DNA of 64,000 nucleotides from an uncultured Planctomycetaceae bacterium (GTDB taxonomy: Bacteria; Planctomycetota; Planctomycetia; Planctomycetales; Planctomycetaceae). Position numbers and translations under genes: made by a program. The notes below the pieces were generated by a model. It saw nothing but the letters and a program-made list of their open reading frames with translations. It was not told where the DNA came from and ran no database searches. Of the stretch, positions 1-9,880 are shown piece by piece. Location: the NCBI GenBank assembly GCA_963813715.1, contig CAWFAK010000009.1:256001-320000 (forward strand). The letters are read 5' to 3'. The stretch's first letter is position 1, and every line of letters starts with the position of its first letter.

Positions 1-16
1 ATTGCGCGCAGTCTGT

Positions 17-171
17 GGCGAGCGGTGGGTGTCAGCCCGCCGGTTCTTCGTTTTCTGTCCTTCCTTGTCTTTCGCATCGTGCGCCCGACGCAGAATTGCG
101 AGTGACACAGAACAACTCAGAAAACAAGAAGCAAGCGCAAAGAACCGGCGGGCTGACACCCGCCGCTCGCC
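17..171. repeat. Inverted REP doublet (REPIN-like), copy 1
   Basis: 31-bp GGCGAGCGG(T/C)GGG-TGTCAG-CCCGCCGGTTCT at 17-47 with its reverse complement at 141-171, around a 93-bp unique spacer. Confidence 0.9.
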
Positions 172-180
172 AGTGCGAGC

Positions 181-1105
181 TCAGTGCTCGGCGCGGGCCC
201 GCTTCGGTCGACCTTTTGCCGAGTGGCCGTTGGACGCGAAATCGCGCAGCGCGCCGATGAACCGCTCGACCGCCGGGCTGTGGTAGCGGTTCTTCCGCCA
301 GATCATGGCGATCGTCCGAGTCGGCTTCTCGCCGCTGAGCGAGCGATACTTCGTCTGCTGCGACCGATCGGCACTGACGGCCATCTGCGGAATCAAGGAG
401 ACGCCGTGCCCCAGCGCGACCAGCTCCTGCACGGTCAGCAGCTGTGCGCTGCGGCAACTGACCGCCGGATGACACGACTGGTCTTTGCAGAAGCTCAGAA
501 CCTGCTGCCCCAGGCAATGCGTCTCGCTCAAGAGCACAAAACGCTCTTTCGAGACGTCCTGCATCGTGACCGTTCGCTTGCGCAACGAGCGGGTGTCCGA
601 CCGTTGTCGCCAACAGCAGTTCCTCGGTGAGCAGCGGCTCGACCGCCAGTTGTTCCTCGGAAACCGGCAGCGCCAACACGCCGACGTCCACATCCCCTTC
701 CAGGCAGGCTTGGATCGTGTATTCGGTCAGGTTCTCGGAGACGGTGACCTCCGTCTTCGGATGATCGCGGAGAAATCGCTTGAGCAGCGGCGGCAAAAGA
801 TAGGGGGCGATGGTCGGGATCGCCCCCACGGTGATCTGGCCAGCGTCCGCGTCCTCAGTCATCGCCCGCTTGGTGCCGTCGACGGCCGCCAGGATCTCGA
901 TCGCCCGGTCGAAGAGCACGCGGCCGCGATCGGTCAGGCGGACCTTGCGGCTCGTGCGATCGAAGAGCGGCCCGCCGAACTCCCGCTCGAGCTTGATGAT
1001 CTGCTGGCTCAGGGAGGGCTGCGCCACAAAACACTTTTGCGCGGCCCGCGTGAAGTTGGCCAGCTGGGCCACTGCGACGAAATAACGGAGCTGTTGCAGC
1101 TCCAT
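181..1105 (-). CDS. oxyR: LysR-family regulator, OxyR-like (one frameshift near 580-600)
   Basis: N-terminal HTH MELQQLRYFVAVA...AQPSLSQQIIKLE and GAIPTIAPYLLP (ORF 32..1105); C-terminal part in ORF 181..693 contains HCLGQQVLSFC, a C-x8-C spacing like OxyR C199/C208. Confidence 0.8.
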
Positions 1106-1140
1106 AGCCGGATCCTATTGCTTGGATAGAAACAAGAGAT
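1104..1140. promoter_or_regulatory. OxyR-type operator
   Basis: ATAG-N7-CTAT-N7-ATAG-N7-AGAT, overlapping the LysR start codon and lying upstream of the divergent cytochrome c gene. Confidence 0.7.
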
Positions 1141-1274
1141 TTCACATATAGCCCGCCGCTCGCTACCCTGCAACTTCCCGGCGGCCGCAGGCGGCGAGCG
1201 GGGTGTTCTTCCGCAACGATGCCTGCGTGTCGTCCGGATCTGGCAACGAAGAATCTGCAACGGAGGATCGAACC

Positions 1275-2690
1275 ATGAAAAAGCGCTTTATCGACAAACA
1301 GGGGCGAGCGGCCGCCGCCGTACTGGCGGCCGCTGTCGCTTCGGGAATCGTCTGGTCGACCAGCGTCGGCGCTTACGACGACCCGCCCAGCTCCTACAGC
1401 CCGGTGGTGATCAAGGAGACGTTCCCGCAGATCGAGCAGCGGATGAAGGCCGAGAAGGCGGCCGTGATGCAGCGGCAAAAGGATCTGTTGGCCCAGCGCT
1501 ACGACCTGTCCGACCACCCGTCTGGCGACACCAAAATGGGCCGGCAAAAGCCGGTTCAAGAGGGCGTCCGCGCGAAGTTGCCGACCGGCGTCACGTGGGA
1601 CGAACTGGGCGGAATGACGCCCGATCAGATCAAGGGGAAGGACGCGTTCCCGCCCGGCTTCATGCCCCTGCCCCACCCGCATCATGCTGAAGGCGGCATG
1701 GTCTTCCCCGAGGCCCACATCAAGGAAGTGCTCAAACAAGAGGGGCGCGATCTCAATCGCTTCGACCTCGAGTTCGATCTACCCGAACACTTTCTCCCCG
1801 AGTTCCCGCCGGCCATTTATCTCACAACGCGGCCCGACCTGGGCGACGTGTCCCAGGGCAAGCTGGTCACCATCGAGAACTTTTACGAGCTGTTTAACGG
1901 CATCTTGAATCCCAAGCAGCTGGAAGGTCTGCGGCTGCTGCTGACTCCGTTCGCCCAGCAGCAATTCAACATCACCGAAGATCGGCGTTCGGAGAAGCCG
2001 AGCCGGGGCGTGACCTGCTTCGACTGTCACGCCAACGGCCACACCAACGGCGCATCGCACCTGGTCGGCGATATCCGGCCGCAGCAATTCCGCCATCGCA
2101 TCGAGACCCCCAGCCTCCGCGGAGTCAACATCGAGCGACTGTTTGGCTCGCAGCGGGCACTCAAAACGGTCGAGGACTTCACCGAGTTCGAGCAACGAGC
2201 GGCTTATTTCGACGGCGACCCGGTGATCGCGACCAAGAAGGGCGTCAACATTCTCGATCGTGGCAGCCAGGTCCATTTCATGGCCGAGTTCGAGGAAATT
2301 ATGGACTTCCCGCCCGCGCCCAAGCTCGATTTGTTCGGCAAGCTCGATCCGTCGAAAGCCTCGCAGGCCGAGCTGCGGGGACAGGACGTCTTCTTCGGCA
2401 AAGGGAAGTGCGCGGTCTGCCACGTGGCGCCGTACTACACCGACAACTTGATGCATAACCTCAAAGTTGAGCGGTTCTACAAGCCGCACGACATCAACGG
2501 CGAATACGCGTCGGCGGACGGCCCGATCAAGACGTTCCCGCTGCGGGGCATCAAGGAATCGCCCCCCTACCTGCACGACGGGCGGCTGTTGACGCTCGAC
2601 GACACGGTCGAGTTCTTCAACCTCGTGCTCGGCACCAAGCTGACGGCCGAAGAGAAGACCGACCTGGTGGCGTTCATGAAGTGTCTCTAG
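1275..2690 (+). CDS. Exported di-heme cytochrome c (bacterial cytochrome c peroxidase/MauG superfamily)
   Basis: Signal peptide; CFDCH and CAVCH heme motifs; TPSLRG and PPYLHDG motifs; GGAGG upstream of ATG 1275. Confidence 0.85.
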   Translation: MKKRFIDKQGRAAAAVLAAAVASGIVWSTSVGAYDDPPSSYSPVVIKETFPQIEQRMKAEKAAVMQRQKDLLAQRYDLSDHPSGDTKMGRQKPVQEGVRAKLPTGVTWDELGGMTPDQIKGKDAFPPGFMPLPHPHHAEGGMVFPEAHIKEVLKQEGRDLNRFDLEFDLPEHFLPEFPPAIYLTTRPDLGDVSQGKLVTIENFYELFNGILNPKQLEGLRLLLTPFAQQQFNITEDRRSEKPSRGVTCFDCHANGHTNGASHLVGDIRPQQFRHRIETPSLRGVNIERLFGSQRALKTVEDFTEFEQRAAYFDGDPVIATKKGVNILDRGSQVHFMAEFEEIMDFPPAPKLDLFGKLDPSKASQAELRGQDVFFGKGKCAVCHVAPYYTDNLMHNLKVERFYKPHDINGEYASADGPIKTFPLRGIKESPPYLHDGRLLTLDDTVEFFNLVLGTKLTAEEKTDLVAFMKCL

Positions 2691-2764
2691 TCCGAGACGA
2701 TTTTCCGAAACGAAACCGCGCTTCACAACGCGATCCCTGACGGGTGGCCCTGCGACAGTGGGTT

Positions 2765-2819
2765 GGGGTCCTCATTCCTCCTTGTCCATCTCCAAGGCGG
2801 GGATGGGGACCCCTTTTTT
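2765..2819 (+). terminator. Intrinsic terminator after the cytochrome c gene
   Basis: GGGGTCCTCATTCCTCCTTG...CAAGGCGGGGATGGGGACCCC hairpin followed by T7. Confidence 0.65.
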
Positions 2820-3004
2820 GCCTGCCCGGTGGTCGTCGCAGCGCCCGTTGGGCCAGTCGACGATTGCTCAGCGGGCGATGGCCAAGAGACGTCCCAGTCG
2901 GCAGCAAAAAAATGGGCCGATTGGGCAAATTCCCCTTGTCAGAAGGGGCCGAATTGTCAACCATACATTTATCGGATCGTGCAAACGTAGCACGAGGGAC
3001 GATA

Positions 3005-3237
3005 AGCCGCGAAGGGGTCGGACTTGGCGAGCCGATCGAAGCGGATGGCCTTAACAGAGAGGAGGTGGTCTTGTGAGTTCTGAGTGTAATAGTAGCCAAA
3101 AAGGTGGTAACGCCTAAAGGCAGTCGACGGGCTGTCGACTTGGGCAGCCACCGTCTCGTAAGGATCACCTCCAAAAAATCCTACGAGAACAAAAGAAGGC
3201 TCGGTTCCCCCAGTGGGAGCCGAGCCTTCGTTCTTTT
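3005..3237 (+). ncRNA. Candidate structured RNA containing a 14-codon sORF (3073-3117)
   Basis: Nested helices with G.U pairs; GGAGGTG SD 3061-3067; GTG...TAA 3073-3117; anti-SD GATCACCTCC 3163-3172; terminal terminator. Confidence 0.5.
3187..3237. terminator. Bidirectional intrinsic terminator
   Basis: AAAA-GAAGGCTCGGTTCCC-loop-GGGAGCCGAGCCTTC-GTTCTTTT, immediately downstream of the minus-strand MFS gene. Confidence 0.8.
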
Positions 3238-3264
3238 CCGGACGGCGGTTTTCCGATTCGCGGA

Positions 3265-4749
3265 TCAGATCTCGAGTGGCGCTTCGACGCCGCCGGTGAA
3301 CTCTTCGCCGTCCATCGGCTTGCCGTGCAGGATCTCGACCTTGTAGCCGCCCTTCGCCCGGAAGTAGACGATCAGGATGAGATAGCCGAAGGCCATAAGC
3401 ACGGGGACGATGGCCGTATAGCGCAGGGCCATGCGTCCGCCATAGAGGCGCGCGTCTTCCACAACCGGCGCGTCGGCTTGCTGCTGTGCGTCGAGAGTCT
3501 GATTCGCGTCCACCTTGTCGACCAGCTCGCCGACCTTCTTGCCGTCCAGGCCGGAGATCGGTTCAAAGAAGAGGAAGTGGCTCTTTTCCCCGGCGACATA
3601 CCGCTCGAACGTCGAGGGGGACTTTTCCCGCAGCTCCTTGGCCGCGAAATAGTCCTGCTGGTAGCCGATGCCAGGCCCGCCCAGAAGTCCGGCTGACAGC
3701 ATGCCGATGCCGCCCATCGTGCCCATCGTCAGTGCGCCGCCTTTGGGGAACCGCTCACCGACCACGCCCAGCATCGTCGGCCAGAAGAACGTTTTGCCGA
3801 GCGCGTAGGTTGTTCCCGCGACGAACACCAGGGCCGCCGCACCGGCATAGCTCAAAGCCGACAGGCCGATGGCCGCCAGGCAGGAACCGCAGAAAAGCAG
3901 GCCGATGGGGTTGATCCTCTCGACGATGGGTCCGGCGAAAAATCGCAGCACGAACATCAAAGTCGACATGTAGACGAAGAGCAAAAACGCCTTCCCCTTG
4001 ATCACGTTGTTCATGATGTTCGTGATCCAGCTGTCGGTCCCCAGTTCGACGTAACCGACCATCGCCATCAGCACGACGAGAAACAACAAAATCGGCGAGG
4101 CAAATTCCAGGAGCATCGTGGAAAACCCGACGCCGGCGGCGCGGGCTTCCGAGAGCGGGAATTTCTGGAAGAGGATGATGGAACCGTAAATGGCCGTCGG
4201 AACCAGGAACAGGGCCATCAGGATCTCCCAACGCACCTGTTGGATGGCCGAATTCGCTCCGCAGAAGCAGTACGCGAGCACCCCGCCCAGAACCAGGCCG
4301 CCCGGCCAACCCGCGTGCAGAATGTTGAGGTAATGCGTCTTCTGCCGCGGGTACAACGTCGCCACGAGCGGATTGATCGCCGTTTCGCACAGCCCGTTGG
4401 CGAACGAGAACATGAACATGCCCCAATAGAGGCAGTTGTACGTGGCGGTCTGGCCGAAGGCGGCGTAGATCGGCGTCGCCGCCAGCGTCACCACGGCCGA
4501 CAGCACGTGGAGCAAGAAGGCCAGCATCAAAATGGCCTTATAGCCCAGGCGATCGGTGACGGTGCTGAACAGAATGATGGTGATACCGCCGCCGACGAGT
4601 CCTCCGCCCGTGATTGTGCCGAGCACCTGCTTCGTGAAGCCGAATTGCGACTCCCAGTCGGCCAAGATGGCGCCGCGCAGGGCGAAGCCCAGGCCGGCGG
4701 CGATCAGCGTCATGAAGCTGGCGAAGAAGAGTGGGCGGTTGTTGTTCAT
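3265..4749 (-). CDS. MFS transporter
   Basis: About 12 hydrophobic segments; TDRLGYK MFS loop motif; NILHAGWPGG. Confidence 0.85.
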   Translation of the reverse strand: MNNNRPLFFASFMTLIAAGLGFALRGAILADWESQFGFTKQVLGTITGGGLVGGGITIILFSTVTDRLGYKAILMLAFLLHVLSAVVTLAATPIYAAFGQTATYNCLYWGMFMFSFANGLCETAINPLVATLYPRQKTHYLNILHAGWPGGLVLGGVLAYCFCGANSAIQQVRWEILMALFLVPTAIYGSIILFQKFPLSEARAAGVGFSTMLLEFASPILLFLVVLMAMVGYVELGTDSWITNIMNNVIKGKAFLLFVYMSTLMFVLRFFAGPIVERINPIGLLFCGSCLAAIGLSALSYAGAAALVFVAGTTYALGKTFFWPTMLGVVGERFPKGGALTMGTMGGIGMLSAGLLGGPGIGYQQDYFAAKELREKSPSTFERYVAGEKSHFLFFEPISGLDGKKVGELVDKVDANQTLDAQQQADAPVVEDARLYGGRMALRYTAIVPVLMAFGYLILIVYFRAKGGYKVEILHGKPMDGEEFTGGVEAPLEI

Positions 4750-4966
4750 CGAGAGGAGACCTCAGCGCGGGAGGGGTCGGAAGCGGCGATAAGACCTCGC
4801 ATCGTACAACGGCCCGAAGGCGTTTTCCACGACCGAAAGCCAGTTTCGGCCGAAGAAACGAGCTTGCCCCGCGCGTCGCGCGGGCTGGACTCCGAGCGTC
4901 CGCAGAGGCTGACGCGAGCGAACTGTCTCAGGGCCGATTTTCCGTCTCGGCGGCAGGCCAAAACGG

Positions 4967-6091
4967 TCAGGAGCGGCGGCGAACGACGATCAGTTTGCCG
5001 CGCCGCGTCGCCTCGATGTGGCCGGGCAGCGTCACCGTCCCGCCCTCTTGGATTAACCGCCAAAGTCGGTCCCAGCCCTCGAAGCCGACGGCTTGTCGCG
5101 GCCAGTTCTGCCGCTTCCACAAGAGGACGAAGGCTTCCCGGACGATGTGCCTGCGCTCGCCGGCCAGCACGTCCGCGTTCAATCGCACCAGATCGGGCGA
5201 TTGATCTTCGAGGGACTTTTCGAGCGTTTCAGCGGCCAGCTCTTCGATGGTCGTTTGCACGTCGCGGATCCGCTCGGCCGTTTGTCGGACCGCGTCGAGG
5301 ATTTGCGGGCCGAGAATGCGGACCAGGTCAGGCAGGGCCTCGTTTCGAATGCGGCTCCGCGTCCGAGCTTGGTCGAAGTTGGTTTCGTCGGTCCGAAATT
5401 CCGCGCCGATCGACTCGAGAAAAGCGAGCAACTGTGACCGGTAGAAGGAGCTGAGGGGCCGCGAGAGGATAACGCCTTTGGCCAAGGGACGAGTGGCCGG
5501 CATGCCTTGCAGGCCGGCAAGGCCCGTGCCTCGGAAGAGATGATGCAGCACTGTCTCGACCTGGTCGTCGGCCGTGTGGGCAACGGCCACGTGCGAGCAA
5601 TTTGCGGCGCCGGCGGCGCGCTCGAAAAACCGGTAGCGCACGTCGCGGGCGGCCTCTTCGAGATTCAAGCCCCGCTCGCGCGCATAGGCCGGCACGTCCG
5701 CCGATTCGAGTGCCAGCGGAATGTCCAGGCGCTGGCACAGGTCGGCCGTCCAAGCGGCATCGTCCGCGGCAGCGGCGCCGCGGATTCCGTGATCGAGGTG
5801 CGCCGCGACGAGCTGCAATCGCTCCTGCTCGGCGAGGGCATGCAGGCCATACAACAGGGCCACGCTGTCGCCTCCCCCGGAGACACCGACCAGAATTCGC
5901 CGGCCGCCTAAACCGAGCGACTGGATTGATTTCGCCAGCGCGGCGAGAAACGGCGGGGCAGCCTGCGGCGGTGCACACGTTGCCTCTCGGTGATCATTGA
6001 GCGCAGAGATTGCCTGCTGACCTCGATCGGAATCTGTAACGTCGGAATCGGCGACGTCAGAATCTGCGAAGCCGGAATCTGTGACGTCCAT
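4967..6091 (-). CDS. tilS: tRNA(Ile)-lysidine synthetase (short form)
   Basis: VGVSGGGDSVALL PP-loop; HLDHGIR; EEAARDVRY; AHTADDQVET; R-S-R-I-R motif. Confidence 0.92.
   Translation of the reverse strand: MDVTDSGFADSDVADSDVTDSDRGQQAISALNDHREATCAPPQAAPPFLAALAKSIQSLGLGGRRILVGVSGGGDSVALLYGLHALAEQERLQLVAAHLDHGIRGAAAADDAAWTADLCQRLDIPLALESADVPAYARERGLNLEEAARDVRYRFFERAAGAANCSHVAVAHTADDQVETVLHHLFRGTGLAGLQGMPATRPLAKGVILSRPLSSFYRSQLLAFLESIGAEFRTDETNFDQARTRSRIRNEALPDLVRILGPQILDAVRQTAERIRDVQTTIEELAAETLEKSLEDQSPDLVRLNADVLAGERRHIVREAFVLLWKRQNWPRQAVGFEGWDRLWRLIQEGGTVTLPGHIEATRRGKLIVVRRRS
6031..6090. repeat. 4 x 15-bp imperfect tandem repeat at the tilS 5' end
   Basis: gaatctgtaacgtcg/gaatcggcgacgtca/gaatctgcgaagccg/gaatctgtgacgtcc, encoding DVTDS-GFADS-DVADS-DVTDS. 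Confidence 0.7.
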
Positions 6092-6136
6092 CGGTCACCA
6101 GTCGCCGAAGATGGCGCGGTCAACAAATCGCGTAAG

Positions 6137-6164
6137 TTGACGTCTCGACTCGCCCTGATAGGAT
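6137..6164 (+). promoter_or_regulatory. Sigma70-type promoter for 6S RNA/rny
   Basis: TTGACG-N16-TAGGAT with extended -10 TG. Confidence 0.6.
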
Positions 6165-6188
6165 AAAGGACTATTGATCACTGCGCGG

Positions 6189-6364
6189 AATTATTCGTTT
6201 TCCGCGAAACCGAAAGATGACGTAAGCTTAATGTTGGTCGGGAGCTTTGACGTTTCCCGGAACCTCCGAGGATCACCGCGGGGGACAGCGAAGGCCGCGG
6301 GAATTTCCACTCGGCTTTCCTGAGTTGTAACACGATCAGACCCGTTGGAAAACCAAGAATGGTT
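6189..6364 (+). ncRNA. ssrS: 6S RNA
   Basis: ~175-nt rod: AATTATTC/GAATGGTT and GTTTTCC/GGAAAAC closing stem; AGCTTA/TGAGTT and GGGAG/TTTCC flanking a central bubble; apical TTCCCG/CGGGAA and CCTCCG/CGGGGG; position upstream of rny is known 6S synteny. Confidence 0.72.
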
Positions 6365-6762
6365 AGCCGTTTCAGCAGGGCGCTCTCATTCGTCGTGCAG
6401 TTCATGCTTGGACTGAGCGGCGTGGTTCGGTCTCTCCGCTCCGTCGTCTCCCGTGTCGCGCGGGGCCGGCAACGGAGCATGGCGAGGCAGTCGAGGGTGG
6501 TCCCCGTTCCGTTGTGGCTCGCACCGCTCGGCTTGCTGGGGCTCAAGCCCGCACTTGCGCCGGCCGCTGCGCCCGCCCGACACCGCGAGTCGCGCTTTGG
6601 CCCGGGTGATTGTGCCCGGCGCTTCGATTGCGCCCGGCACCATCGATGATTGGCCGTTTCAACTCGATGCCGTCCCTCCGTTGATTGCTCGTTTGCCGGT
6701 CGCCCTCGCCTGTGGGGCCGGCCCGGGTTTCGTCGCCGTTCCGATCGGAAAGCGGCGATGGC

Positions 6763-8309
6763 ATGGGCGTAATCGATTTGGTGGTTGGGCTGATCTGTTC
6801 GGCGCGGGTGTCGGGGCCGGCTTGCTGCTCGAGCGGGTCCGCCAGGGGGCGGGTTACCGCACTCGGGACGAAATCATCAAGCAAGCCGAGGTCGAGGCGG
6901 GCAACCTGCTCAGGTCGCATGAGCTGGCGGCCAAGGAAGACCTGCTCAAGCGCCGCGAGTCGATGGAGCGCGAGATCCAGAACACGCGCGAAGAGCTCCG
7001 CGAAGTCGAACGCAAGCTCGACCGCCGCGAAATCGTGCTCAACGAGCAGGTCGACGACATTCAGAAAAAGGAACGGATGCTCGAGCTGACGCAGCACAAG
7101 CTGGCCGACCGCGGCAAGGCGCTCGAAGTCCGCGAACGCGAGCTCGAGCGCATCCTCGAGGAGGAGCAGGAACAGCTCTACAAGATTAGCGGACTCGACA
7201 AGAAGGCCGGCACCGAAATGCTGCTCGAACGGCTCGAGCGGCAGCTCAAGAACGAAACCGGCGCGGTGATTCTCAGATTCCAGAACGAACTCAAGGCGCA
7301 GTGCGATCGCCAGTCGCGCGAAGTGCTGGCCATGGCGATCCAGCGCTACGCCGCCCCGCACACCTCCGAAACCACTGTTTCGACCGTCGACATCCCCAAC
7401 GACGAGATGAAGGGCCGCATCATCGGCCGCGAAGGTCGCAACATCCGCGCCTTCGAGAAGGAGACGGGCGTCGACGTGATCGTCGACGACACGCCGGGCG
7501 TGGTGATCGTCTCGGCCTTCGACAACGTCCGTCGCGAAATCGCCAAGCTGGCGATGATCAAATTGATTCAGGACGGGCGGATCCATCCGAGCCGCATCGA
7601 AGAGGTCGTCCGCGAAACGCAGAAGGAAATGAACGACCGCATCCGCCACCTCGGGCTCGAGGCGGCGCAGGAAGCCGGCGCCGCAGGTCTGCACGAAAAA
7701 CTGGTCGAGTTGATGGGACGGCTCAACTTCCGCGTGAGCTATAGCCAGAACGTGCGGCGGCACTCGATCGAAGTCGCCCACCTCACCGGCATGCTGGCCG
7801 AACAGCTGGGGCTCGACGGGGCGCTCGCTCGCCGTTGCGGCTTCTTGCACGACATCGGCAAGGCCGCCGACCACGAAATGGAAGGCGGACACCCGGCCGT
7901 CGGTGCCGAGTTGCTCAAACGCTATGGAGAGCCGCCCGAGGTCGTGCACGCGGCGTTGGGCCATCACGACGACATCCGCGTCGATCATATTTACACAGTG
8001 CTGGTCGCCGCGGCCGACGCCATCTCCGCCGCTCGTCCCGGTGCGCGGCGCGAGACGCTGGAAAAATACGTCAGGCGGCTCGAAGAGCTGGAGTCACTGG
8101 CTTGCGGGTTCCCGGGGGTCGAGCAGGCGTACGCCGTGCAGGCCGGTCGCGAGATCCGCGTGATCGTCGACGCCAAGCAGATCAACGACCGCGAGGCGGC
8201 CAAGATGTGCCGCGACCTGGCCAAGTCGATCGAAGAAACGCTCACGTATCCAGGCGAGATCAAGGTGCAGGTGCTGCGCGAGTTTCGCACGGTCGAGTTT
8301 GCGAAGTAA
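6763..8309 (+). CDS. rny: Ribonuclease Y (frameshift near 6795 within the TM anchor)
   Basis: TM anchor [22 protein letters not shown]; coiled coil; KH domain [15 protein letters not shown] domain LHDIGK...[12 protein letters not shown]. Confidence 0.95.
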
Positions 8310-8369
8310 GAGGCGGGTCGCCCAACCTTCGAATCGACAGGCTGATCCGCCGCGGCGGACCGCTCGCCT

Positions 8370-9865
8370 TTAGGGCGCGGGCACGTGTGACGAGAGGACG
8401 CGCTCGGCTGCGGCCTCGCCACTTTGCACGCAGTCGGGGACGCCCACGCCGTCGAACGCGTTCCCCGCGAGAGCCAATCGCGGGTGGCCCGCAAGCAAGC
8501 TCCGGATGTGGGCCACCCGATCGCGATGGCCGACGTAATATTGTGGCATCGACCGCTCGTGACGCGAGACCCGCGCGAAGAGCGGCTCGCCCCGCACTCC
8601 CAGGATCTCGCCCAGCTCCGACCGCACCAAGCGGACCAGTTCCTCGTCGTCCCCCTGGAGAAACTCCGGCTGCAGGGCCCCGCCGACGAATGTCCGCAGC
8701 ACAACTTGGCCGGCCGGCGCGGCCCGCGAACTTGCGGCTGGCAAACGAGACCGACAAAATCCGCCGCCGCTCGACGGCCGGAATCACCAGGCCCGACGCG
8801 GCGAGCGGATGATCCACGTCGCGCTCGCGATGTCCGGTCACCACAATCGCGCTCGACGCGTATTCGATTGCGCCCAGGGCCGCGCTCAGGTTCGCGTCGG
8901 CCGTCGTCAAGAGTGCGGCCGCTCGGTGGGCCGGCAGCGCACGAACGACCGCGTCGAACGGCAGGCTGCGTCCGTCTGCCGTTTCGAGCGTCCAGCCCTC
9001 GCCCGTGTCAGCAGAACGCCGCAGGCCGCGGATGGGCGTGTCGCGCCGAATCGATCCGGCCGCTTCGATGCGGCGCACGAGCGCGTCGACCAGTTCCGAC
9101 ATCCCATTTTGAAAAGAAGCAAACATGCCGTAGCGGGCGCCGCTTTCAGGCGACGCGCCCGCCGACTGAGGTCTCTTCCGGCCGCCGCTGGCCGCGCGCG
9201 GCGCGGATCAGGCTGCCGTGCCGCCGCTCCATCTCGATGAACCGTGGCAACGTGGCTTCGAGGCTGAGTTTTTCCGGATCGGACGTGTAGATGCCGGCCA
9301 CCAGTGGCTGAACGAGCCGATCGAGCGCCTCGGCTCCGAGGCGGCGCCGCACGAACGACGCGACGCTTTCGTCGCCGGTTTCGGTCCGCCGCGGCACGAG
9401 GCATTCCAGTCCGAGCCGCAGTTTTCCCAGCGGACTGAAGATCGGCGAGGTGAGCACCGGCCAGATGCGGGACGGTGCCATCAGCATGAATCCGTCCGGG
9501 ATGGGGACCGGTTTGCCTCGCCGCAGCACGAGCGCCTGGCGATGGGCGGCGTCGGTGGGGATCAGCCGCTCGTCGAGATGCAGACGGTGGCACAACTCGA
9601 TTCCCGCCGGCTTGTTGGTGATGAACGAGTCGGCCCCCATTTCGACGACGCAGTCGGCGATCCGCTCGGTCCAGATCACGCCTCCCAAGCGGGGGCCGGT
9701 CTCGAACAGCTCGACCTCGACACGTTGCCGCGATTTTTCGGCCAGCTCGAGGGCGTGGTGCGCGGCCGCCAGTCCGCTGATACCGCCGCCGATCACCGCG
9801 AGCCGAAAGGCGCGATCGGCTCGCGCTGCGGGTTGTTCGCGGAGAGTGTGACCTTCTGGACTCAT
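8370..9865 (-). CDS. hemY: HemY-type FAD-dependent proto/coproporphyrinogen oxidase (two frameshifts)
   Basis: VIGGGISGLAAAH; EMGADSF; SFQNGMSELVDAL; MPQYYVGH; GVGVPDCVQSG across ORFs 9146..9865, 8260..9126 and 8370..8744. Confidence 0.9.
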
Positions 9866-9880
9866 GCAACACGACGAATT

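Noticed and set aside
2969..3151. 60-aa minus-strand ORF after GGAGGTGATCC
   Set aside because: SD-to-GTG spacing is too long, it lies just past the MFS terminator and has no recognisable features; not fully excluded
3162..3172. GGATCACCTCC as a 16S rRNA 3'-end remnant
   Set aside because: Flanking sequence lacks helix 45 and any other rRNA similarity; better explained as a local anti-SD
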